A stretch of DNA of 64,000 bases from positions 672,001 to 736,000 of the forward strand of contig OY762209.1 of assembly GCA_963665295.1 (NCBI GenBank), read 5' to 3'. Positions within the stretch are counted from its first letter, which is position 1. The number at the start of each line of letters is the position of its first letter. Position numbers and translations under genes: made by a program. Shown here piece after piece: positions 1-7,082 of this stretch. The stretch comes from Syntrophorhabdaceae bacterium. GTDB taxonomy: Bacteria > Desulfobacterota > Syntrophorhabdia > Syntrophorhabdales > Syntrophorhabdaceae. Under the pieces are notes generated by a model. The model searched no databases. It saw only the letters and a program-made list of their open reading frames with translations, and was not told where the DNA came from.

Positions 1-855
1 TCTTTTTATGCGCTCCTTGCCACCATCAACTAATCGAATCTGTTCTTGCATTCTCTCACCAATATGCGCCATCACATCGTCCGGTGTCTTCGTACTAAAC
101 ATGTCCGGTAACGCGTCATCCGCCGTATCAGCTATGAGTTGAGCTATCCTGTCTTGGAGTTCTGTTTTTGGGATTTCGCGAAAATCCTTATGAAGCAATG
201 AATATACAACTCGTTGATGCCACCACTCAATGAGAATTTTAACGATGAAGTCTCTTTTGTCCTGACGCAGTGTATTTTTCAGGCGAGATTTAACCTCGTC
301 AGGTATGTGAGAAATGTCAAACGATCCCGGTTTGATTCGCATATGATCCACGAGCAGCTGGCGATCTGACAATTCTAGTTTGAGAAAAGCTTCAGCACCC
401 TTAAATCTCTTTTCGAATGGCAACTTATTAGCTTTCCTTTCCTCCGCCTCTTTGCGTTTCTGACATATCTTCATAGCCGCTTCTGAAAGGCGTATTGTTA
501 CCAATGACTTATCCGCGGGGTTATCGCAAAGTCGTGCGAGAGCGCTTTCGGGCCTTACACGGGAACAAGTCACAAGGATATAGTGATGATCAATGTCAAT
601 GGGTTTTGAACACCATATTCTCATGGTTTTCCAGAAAGCATCTGTATTTTCAGAGATATCCGGCTGTTTGACTCTGCTGTGTTTTATCTGGAATAATGTT
701 GGGGTATTGCCATGCAAGAAAACATCATCTTCCGTCTCAACTGAGACGACTCCATTATCATCCGCATCCAATAATACCACCAAGGCATATAAGCCTTGGT
801 GTACATACCCAAGATAAGAATCCGTGGCATCGAATAATGTGTTCGTCGTGTCCAT
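1..855 (-). CDS. Putative ABC-three-component/Lamassu-type system effector with N-terminal PD-(D/E)xK-like nuclease (runs off the window edge)
   Basis: Not in ORF track. Manual translation from ATG at 855 (RBS AAGGGGG) is open to base 1: MDTTNTLFDATDSYLGYVHQGLYALVVLL...VETEDDV...FQIKH...FWKTMRIW...LIEWWHQRV. The S-x-L-G-Y-x-x-Q, E-x-x-D-D, Q-x-K and WKT-x-x-x-W pattern resembles ABC-3C/LmuA effectors. Confidence 0.6.
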   Translation of the reverse strand, partial: MDTTNTLFDATDSYLGYVHQGLYALVVLLDADDNGVVSVETEDDVFLHGNTPTLFQIKHSRVKQPDISENTDAFWKTMRIWCSKPIDIDHHYILVTCSRVRPESALARLCDNPADKSLVTIRLSEAAMKICQKRKEAEERKANKLPFEKRFKGAEAFLKLELSDRQLLVDHMRIKPGSFDISHIPDEVKSRLKNTLRQDKRDFIVKILIEWWHQRVVYSLLHKDFREIPKTELQDRIAQLIADTADDALPDMFSTKTPDDVMAHIGERMQEQIRLVDGGKERIKR

Positions 856-894
856 AACCCCCTTAAGGTTCCTTTTAGACAATATAGACGAATA

Positions 895-1318
895 CTCTAT
901 GAAATCTGAATACGGCTGTTATCCGTGCTCACACAAATCCGATAGTAATCAACCAAAGGAGTGAGCACGTTTCTGAATGTATCATTGTTATTATACAAGA
1001 GATTTTCTGAATTACAATCAAAATCTAGAAGGGTTAGTCGAAAGATTCCAAATACTTCCTGTTCCGTCACTTGCAATCATAGGTTATCCATGGCGCCAAA
1101 AGGCACCTCTGAACTTCTCATAATAGTCGATACCACATCTATTGGTCTACTAAAAGGGTCCTAAGCGGCATAATTGACTGTCTTTCTTCATATCCAAATC
1201 CCTTTATCATTAAATCAGTTTCTAAAAAATTCAAGGAGGGAAAATCATGGGGATAACGATTCGCTACAAGGGAAAGGCAAAAAGCATTGAAGCGATCGAC
1301 AGCCTGATCGGGGAACCT
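895..1318 (-). pseudogene. Degraded AT-rich coding remnant of unknown function, cut by the IS66 end
   Basis: Coding-like stretches in different minus frames (RFPDQAVDRFNAF...; VTEQEVFGIFRLTLLDF...IQIS*) separated by stops or frameshifts; abuts the IS66 terminus at 1319. Confidence 0.3.
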
Positions 1319-1511
1319 GTAACAGTTTAGTCCTCCACCTCCGACCAACTCATCAACTTGAATTGCGATACAGAGCCCTCCGTGCGGTCTTCATGTCGGA
1401 AGTGAGAAGTATCTCCAGGAACTCCCTCGGCTTATGTCCCTGTCTCAAGGAGGTAAGCACAAGGCTCGGCAGAATGCTGTGGGTTCTCAATCCTTTTTCC
1501 GAGCGGAAGGA
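1319..1511 (-). mobile_element. IS66-family remnant: transposase C-terminus plus right end
   Basis: 1511->1353 translates SFRSEKGLRTHSILPSLVLTSLRQGHKPREFLEILL...*, resembling an IS66 TnpC tail; terminus GTAACAGTTTAG at 1319 (IS66 ends start GTAA). Confidence 0.65.
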
Positions 1512-1520
1512 ACATAGGGG

Positions 1521-1602
1521 TCACCCATTAAAGGGCCCCTGTCAAGAGATAATATTCCCCCTCACCCATTAAAGGGCCCCTGTCAAGAGGCAATATTCCC
1601 CC
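1521..1602. repeat. Tandem duplication (2 x 41 bp, 2 mismatches) of the IS1111 right end
   Basis: tcacccattaaagggcccctgtcaagag(at/gc)aatattccccc at 1521-1561 and 1562-1602. Confidence 0.95.
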
Positions 1603-1609
1603 GCAGCAA

Positions 1610-1975
1610 AAAACTAAGCATTTTTTGCAGGGTCTAATACGCCAACACCGGTACGTCGCTCCTTGACCCCTGTCTTCTGCGTCTGCTTTTTCTTCTCTTT
1701 CTCGGTTCGCATCTCTGACCTGCACCAGTCACCCATCGGGATTAAAGGTCTCTTATGGACCTCGTGTCTAATGACCCAGAAAATCGTCAGTTCCCTACCG
1801 TGTCCAATGTGTGGTTCTCAGCACCTATGGTTATAAGCCAACCCCTATGTAGGCTCACGGCACGGGCAGATCAGGTTCGCCAGGAGTTTTTCCCTTGGCT
1901 AAAGTTTTAGACGGGATAGGCCTCCCAATCAGCCCTCAAGGTTATAAGCCAACCCCTTTACCGGTTCCGCCTTCC
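1610..1975 (-). ncRNA. Predicted IS1111 bridge/seek RNA (two target-binding loops plus one donor-binding loop); boundaries approximate
   Basis: Repeated scaffold AGGGGTTGGCTTATAACC (1940-1957, 1829-1846), each followed by a target-like xxGxGCTGA; ATGGGTGA (1729-1736) equals the left half of the predicted circle junction. Confidence 0.7.
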
Positions 1976-2205
1976 CGCCGAATAGTTTCATTTCATCATA
2001 GACAACCTGGTCTCGTAAGATATGATATGATGCCCGCGCCAGTTTATTACTGATTGCCTTTATGGCCACTATCTTATTGGTCCTGGCCATTTTCTTCTGA
2101 TAATACCGTTGTACTACGGGATAATATCTCTTCGCAAAGTGAGTTAGGATGGATATAGTGGACACCATATGCGGTACAATATGGATACATAACGGAGGTG
2201 TCCGA

Positions 2206-2514
2206 GTGGCAAAGATTCCCAGAGGAGTGTTTACAAAAGAGTTCAAAGAGGAAGCGGTAAGAATGGTGACGGAGGGCGGTCTCGGCATACCTGAGGTAGG
2301 CAGAAGACTGTCACTTGCGAAGTCAACCCTCGCTCGGTGGGTAGCCCAGGCAAAAAGGGGCGGCCTTGTGGTAACGCGAGGTCAGGCGACGGACCAGGAC
2401 ATGGAAGTGGCCCGCCTGAAGCGTGAGATAGCTGAGCTCAAGATGGAGCGCGATATTTTAAAAAACGCGACCGCGTACTTTGCCAGAGAGTCGCTCAAAG
2501 GTACGCGATCGTGA
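2206..2514 (+). CDS. IS3 transposase OrfA (HTH)
   Basis: GTG start after GGAGG; FTKEFKEEAV...TLARWV...LKMERDILK; A-run near 2460 is a candidate -1 frameshift site. Confidence 0.9.
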   Translation: MAKIPRGVFTKEFKEEAVRMVTEGGLGIPEVGRRLSLAKSTLARWVAQAKRGGLVVTRGQATDQDMEVARLKREIAELKMERDILKNATAYFARESLKGTRS

Positions 2515-3371
2515 AAATCCTGCGACTCAAATATCCCCTTGCCCTTCTCTGTCAGGTACTCGAAGTATCTCGAAGCGGTTACTATGCATGGTTTAACCGC
2601 CCGCTTTCGCGACGCGCCCAGGAGGAAGAACGGCTGGAGATAGAGATAAAAGCTGCTCACAAAAGAACCCGGAAGACCTGCGGTCCCGAGAGACTGCAAA
2701 AGGATCTTGCCGGGCATGGCGTAAAGGTGGGCATCTCAAGGATCAGACGGATAAGGAAGAGGCTCGGTATACGGTGTAAACAAGTGAAGAAGTACAAAAC
2801 CACCACAGACTCGAATCATTCGCTCCCCGTGGCGGAGAACATCCTTGATCAGGATTTTACCGTGGAGGCTCCCGACGAGGTGTGGGTCAGCGATATCACC
2901 TACATCCCTACCGATGAGGGCTGGCTCTACTGTGCCGCCCACAAGGACCTTTTTACCGGGGAGATCGTGGGCTACGCCCTGGGGGCGAGAATGACCAGGG
3001 AGCTTGTGCTTAGGTCTCTCATAAGAGCAGTGGCAGTAAGAAAGCCACCGAAAGGCCTGATCCACCACTCGGATCGGGGAAGCCAGTACTGCTCTACTGA
3101 ATATCAGAGACTACTCCTGCAGTTCGGCATGAAAGCTTCAATGAGCAGAAGGGGCAACTGCTACGACAACGCGCCCATGGAAAGCTTCTGGGGTACGTTG
3201 AAAAATGAGCTTATCCATCACCGTAATTACCATACGAGGGATGAGGCGACCGGGGAGATTACCGAGTATATAGAAGTCTTCTATAACCGGGAGAGGCGCC
3301 AGAAACGGCTCGACTATTTATCTCCTGCGGCATACGCAAGAAGATACTATGCCCAGAAAAGGGCGGCGTGA
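2511..3371 (+). CDS. IS3 transposase OrfB (DDE integrase core)
   Basis: WVSDITYI...HHSDRGSQY...GNCYDNAPMESFW...YNRER. Confidence 0.95.
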   Translation: MKILRLKYPLALLCQVLEVSRSGYYAWFNRPLSRRAQEEERLEIEIKAAHKRTRKTCGPERLQKDLAGHGVKVGISRIRRIRKRLGIRCKQVKKYKTTTDSNHSLPVAENILDQDFTVEAPDEVWVSDITYIPTDEGWLYCAAHKDLFTGEIVGYALGARMTRELVLRSLIRAVAVRKPPKGLIHHSDRGSQYCSTEYQRLLLQFGMKASMSRRGNCYDNAPMESFWGTLKNELIHHRNYHTRDEATGEITEYIEVFYNRERRQKRLDYLSPAAYARRYYAQKRAA

Positions 3372-4353
3372 GAGACATTATTGGTGTCCACTATTGACAT
3401 CGGGGGTCAAAGTTCGCTGCTTCTATATATGCCCAGGAGAGATACCTGTTCCCGTTTCTCCTGTTGCCCTCCCCCTTGTTCTTCCCGTTTGAAGAGCGAA
3501 CACTTCTTACACATCGGCAATAGGAGGAGTAGTCTCCCACCCGGGGAAAGCGCGTGATAGATCCTGCCTCCAGCATGACGGTGAGGCCGAGGATATCTCC
3601 GATGCCGGGCAGGGTGAGGAGGCCTTTGAATTCATCCCTGAGTTTCGCCTCTGCAAGGATCACCCCTTCGATGCGGTCTATCTCTTTGGTGAGCTCACGC
3701 ATAATCGTAACGCTTGCGTTGACGGAGAGAAACAGATGTTCCTCCGGGAAGAGCTTTCTTACCTCAACCTCATCAAACTTCTTTACCACATCTCCCCTCA
3801 CGATAATTCCCAAACTCCGGCTTATGATGTTCTTGATGCTCAGGATATGGGAAGATCGATGACGCACCAGATGCAACCGTTTTCTCAGGAGATCCCGGAT
3901 GGGCCTCTCTTCCCTGGGATAAATATACCCTGTAGGCAATATCCCCAACCGTAAGAGATTGGCAAGCCAGAGGGCGCTTCTCTTATCGTCTATGTTCTTG
4001 AGTCCCTCATATTGTTTGATGGCTGCGGGATTGGCGAGACGCACCGTATATCCATTCTCCATGAGCCCATCCACGAACCAGTACCAGTTGAAGGTAGACT
4101 CCACCGCGATCGCGGACACCTCTTTCCTGAACGGGTCCAATGTGCCAAGAACAGTCGGGAGATCATTATTCAGCTTCTTCTGAAAGATGACCTTATTTGC
4201 CTCGTCAACGATACCTAGATAATTATTGTTTGAATGCAAATCTACTCCTACGTATAATGTCATTGGGCACCTCCTCATGAGTGTTTTGGTCAACCTCAAC
4301 ATAGTACAGCAAACCGTTGACTATGCGTAGGTGGTGCCCTTTAGATGATTATC

Positions 4354-4463
4354 AGCCCTTGACACGGGACAACAGGGCTGGCCCTTGGAGTAAAAGCATG
4401 TATTTCTAATCAGTTGCATCATCGCCAGAGCGTTTTGTCCTGTGTCAAGGGCAGACCCCCATG
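4354..4463. repeat. Remainder of the REP-like palindromic unit interrupted by IS1111 (left part at 1507-1523)
   Basis: Near-identical to 11051-11160; ends TGTCAAGGGCAGACCCC. Confidence 0.85.
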
Positions 4464-4475
4464 TCCCACTACTTT

Positions 4476-4727
4476 CCTGAGTTCCCGAAACAATGTAACG
4501 AGGAATTGAGATAAGTATCTAATAATGCAAGGCTAAAATGCACTTTTGCTTTCATAAATCATCGTTACGATGCCTACTGTTATAACGATGATTGGGAGAC
4601 GTCGTATGCTGGGCTATCCTTTATTAGGCCATTTAAAGAGACTGTAATTATAGATGCATACGGCCTGACCTCCCTTTGATGGGAGGAAAGACCCGCATGC
4701 ATCGTTACAATAACACGGGAACTCAGG
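4476..4727. mobile_element. IS1634-related MITE / internal-deletion derivative, 252 bp
   Basis: TIR CCTGAGTTCCCG...CGGGAACTCAGG; perfect 6-bp TSD TACTTT (4470-4475, 4728-4733); shares the CATCGTTAC...TAACGATG palindrome and TCGTTACAATA tail with the IS at 7083. Confidence 0.85.
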
Positions 4728-4788
4728 TACTTTCGCATCGCCCATAGTCAGCTCGAATTTCGATACAACGCCGCCTGTAGGAACACTA

Positions 4789-4886
4789 AGGGGATGTTGG
4801 TTCAAAGGGAAAACTTATCAGATGAACAACGAAGATCAATTGCTACCTTGAATCGCACGTAAGTTCCCTTCGAACCAACATCCCCT
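4789..4886. repeat. About 98-bp palindromic element (22-bp arms, 21/22 match), REP/MITE-like
   Basis: aggggatgttggttcaaaggga (4789-4810) pairs with tcccttcgaaccaacatcccct (4865-4886); 4833-4872 recurs at 10451-10490 (35/40). Confidence 0.75.
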
Positions 4887-4950
4887 GCGTCAGTGACAGC
4901 TTCTAGGAAGAGGGGGCTAAAGAATTGGGGAAACTTCAGGGAGGTTGGCA

Positions 4951-4979
4951 TTGACAATAGATACCTGTGGGGATAGAAT
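4951..4979 (+). promoter_or_regulatory. Sigma70 promoter of the dual-OB/DUF488 operon
   Basis: TTGACA-N17-TAGAAT. Confidence 0.7.
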
Positions 4980-5024
4980 TTTAGAAAGCGGAGTATTTTG
5001 CCAGGCAGGCAGGAAAGGGGGACT

Positions 5025-5723
5025 ATGGACATTATAATCACAGATCTTACGAGATTTGCAAATCCTGATATACTGTGTACGGCTGGGGTCAATCCTGAGA
5101 CAAATGAATGCGTTAGACCACTGCCCTACCTTGCTACGAGTGAGTGTCGCAGACTGAACATTCTGCCTGGAGCCACTATACGTGGAAATTTCGTTTCGGA
5201 ACGGCGCGCTAATCCACATTCAGAAGACAGAAAGCATGGAAAATTATCTTTTCTGGGGCCGTGCGGTTCAGAAAAGTTTAGATCCATTTTGGAGGCCACT
5301 ACCTGTCCTTCGGTAGAAGCAGGATTTGACATCCCCCTCGAAGAGGGACAGAAGCATGTACCAAACGATACGCCTCCTCGTATTTCCATAATTACTTTAT
5401 CAATTGATCCTACGGAATTGAACATAGTTTCCGATTCTTATACGCCAGGAAAAATAAAGGTAATCTTTACTGATCGTGCCGGAAAATCGTTCCGATATTT
5501 ACCTATTACGGATTTGGGATTCTACAATTACGCTCAGAAGCATGTTAGAAACAACGATATTGAGGGGTTAAATGGTTTCATTCATTCTCAAGAAAAGATC
5601 TTTATTCGTCTCGGCCTGAGCAGGAGTTATAAGGACCCTAACGGAAGATACGGGTTTTGGCTGCAAGTTAATGGTATCTACACGTTTCCGGAATACTTGG
5701 AAGAGATTAGGTGCTATAAATAA
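5025..5723 (+). CDS. Dual OB-fold domain protein (DUF488-associated)
   Basis: ATG after AAGGGG; MDIIITDLT...CTAG...VRPLP...PHSED...YLPITD...IRLGLSR...WLQVNGI resembles the dual-OB family found next to DUF488 genes. Confidence 0.6.
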   Translation: MDIIITDLTRFANPDILCTAGVNPETNECVRPLPYLATSECRRLNILPGATIRGNFVSERRANPHSEDRKHGKLSFLGPCGSEKFRSILEATTCPSVEAGFDIPLEEGQKHVPNDTPPRISIITLSIDPTELNIVSDSYTPGKIKVIFTDRAGKSFRYLPITDLGFYNYAQKHVRNNDIEGLNGFIHSQEKIFIRLGLSRSYKDPNGRYGFWLQVNGIYTFPEYLEEIRCYK

Positions 5724-5744
5724 ATAATAGGAAATATCGAGATT

Positions 5745-6356
5745 ATGATTCATGAGATTTATTCAATAGGATATGCGGCGTTTTCAATCGGAGAATTCGT
5801 AAACGCGTTATTGAAGCATGGGATCAACGCGATAGCCGACGTTCGTTCTCAGCCCTATAGCAGATTTAAACCAGAATTTAATCGTGACAACTTGAGACGG
5901 GTTTTAAGAACACATAATATTGGCTATGTTTTTCTAGGAGATGAATGCGGAGCAAGAATTGGCTCATCTGAATACTATGTGAATGGAAAAGTGAGCTTTG
6001 ACTTAGTAAAGGATGATAAAGGATTTCAGAGGGGGCTGCGGCGTCTCCGGAAGGGGGCAGGGAAGTATCGTCTTGCTATCATGTGTGCCGAAAAAGACCC
6101 AATAATGTGTCACAGAACCATTCTAATCTGCCGCAATTTACGTTCCCCCGATATTGTTATTAAGCATATCATAGAAAACGGATTCATTGAGGACCACAGC
6201 GATACCGAGAAAAGGCTTTTACGGATTCATAACTTGGATCGATCCGACTTATACAGCACTTATGGTGAACGCCTCGAAGAAGCATATAGTCGTCAGGGCG
6301 AAAAGATTGCATATAATCCCTTGCGGGAACCGCAAGAAAGATCATTGGAATACTAA
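5745..6356 (+). CDS. DUF488 family protein (rhodanese-phosphatase superfamily), long form
   Basis: IYSIGY...DVRSQPYS...LG...MCAEKDPIMCHR. Confidence 0.9.
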   Translation: MIHEIYSIGYAAFSIGEFVNALLKHGINAIADVRSQPYSRFKPEFNRDNLRRVLRTHNIGYVFLGDECGARIGSSEYYVNGKVSFDLVKDDKGFQRGLRRLRKGAGKYRLAIMCAEKDPIMCHRTILICRNLRSPDIVIKHIIENGFIEDHSDTEKRLLRIHNLDRSDLYSTYGERLEEAYSRQGEKIAYNPLREPQERSLEY

Positions 6357-6359
6357 CGC

Positions 6360-6797
6360 ATGATTACGCTGTACACAATTGGCTTTACAAAAAAAAGTGC
6401 TGATATTTTCTTCACGAAATTAAATCAGGCTGGCGTGAGCAAAATAATAGATATCCGCCTCAATAATATTTCTCAGCTTGCAGGATTTACAAAGAAAGAA
6501 GATCTAACATATTTTTTGAGGAATCTTTGCAATTGTTCTTACAGCCACCAGCCAATTCTGGCACCCACTAACGATATTCTTGATGATTATAGAAAGAAAA
6601 AGATTGACTGGTCGGAATATGCAATGCGGTTCCGAAGGCTCCTTGAAAATCGTGCGGTTGAAACCATAATACCGGTCAATGAGCTGCAAAACTCCTGTTT
6701 GCTTTGCAGCGAGCCGACAGCCGAGAAGTGCCATCGTAAGCTCGTGGCTGAGTACTTTAGGGAACGCTTTCCCGATATCAAGATTGAGCATTTGTAG
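6360..6797 (+). CDS. DUF488 family protein, short form
   Basis: LYTIGF...DIRL...SQLAGF...LAPT...LLCSEPTAEKCHR. Confidence 0.9.
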   Translation: MITLYTIGFTKKSADIFFTKLNQAGVSKIIDIRLNNISQLAGFTKKEDLTYFLRNLCNCSYSHQPILAPTNDILDDYRKKKIDWSEYAMRFRRLLENRAVETIIPVNELQNSCLLCSEPTAEKCHRKLVAEYFRERFPDIKIEHL

Positions 6798-6807
6798 GGG
6801 ATAGGGG

Positions 6808-7082
6808 TCACCCATTAAAGGGCCCCTGTCAAGAGGCAATATTCCCCCGCAGCAAAAAACTAAGCATTTTTTGCAGGGTCTAATACGCCAACACCGGTAC
6901 GTCGCTCCTTGACCCCTGTCTTCTGCGTCTGCTTTTTCTTCTCTTTCTCGGTTCGCATCTCTGACCTGCACCAGTCACCCATCGGGATTAAAGGTCTCTT
7001 ATGGACCTCGTGTCTAATGACCCAGAAAATCGTCAGTTCCCTACCGTGTCCAATGTGTGGTTCTCAGCACCTATGGTTATAA
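6808..7082 (-). mobile_element. Second, truncated copy of the IS1111 right end / RNA region
   Basis: Identical by eye to 1562-1836; preceded by the REP half ATAGGGGTC; cut by IS1634 after GGTTATAA. Confidence 0.92.

Larger units (their letters stand above)
2140..3409 (+). mobile_element. IS3-family element, 1270 bp, intact
   Basis: TG...CA ends with IRs (tgagttaggatggatatagtggacacc / rc tgacccccgatgtcaatagtggacacc); 3-bp TSD AAG (2137-2139, 3410-3412). Confidence 0.95.
1929..4263 (-). pseudogene. IS110 transposase split by IS3 (4263-3410 joined to 2136-1929)
   Basis: MTLYVGVDLHS...AVEST...D...LPGIG...SSNGK...GNRYLSWAYIEAAN; removing the IS3 and one AAG restores EAANFAKRYYP...KLARASYHIL. Confidence 0.92.
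1521..4354 (-). mobile_element. IS110-family (IS1111-type) insertion sequence, interrupted by an IS3
   Basis: DEDD transposase; sub-terminal IRs TAAAGGGCCCC / TAAAGGGCACC; long 3' non-coding region; TCA core at both junctions (1521-1523, 4352-4354); flanks rejoin to the REP-like sequence seen intact at 11042. Confidence 0.9.

Noticed and set aside
1528..1725. ORF MQVRDANRE... (also 6504-6971)
   Set aside because: Falls in the IS1111 non-coding end; no RBS or recognisable motif.
1521..1957. Short direct repeats as a CRISPR array
   Set aside because: Only two copies of each repeat, no regular spacers, no cas genes; explained by IS1111 end and RNA structure.
4789..4886. Integron attC site
   Set aside because: GTT is on the left and AAC on the right, opposite to the RYYYAAC...GTTRRRY arrangement; no intI in the window.
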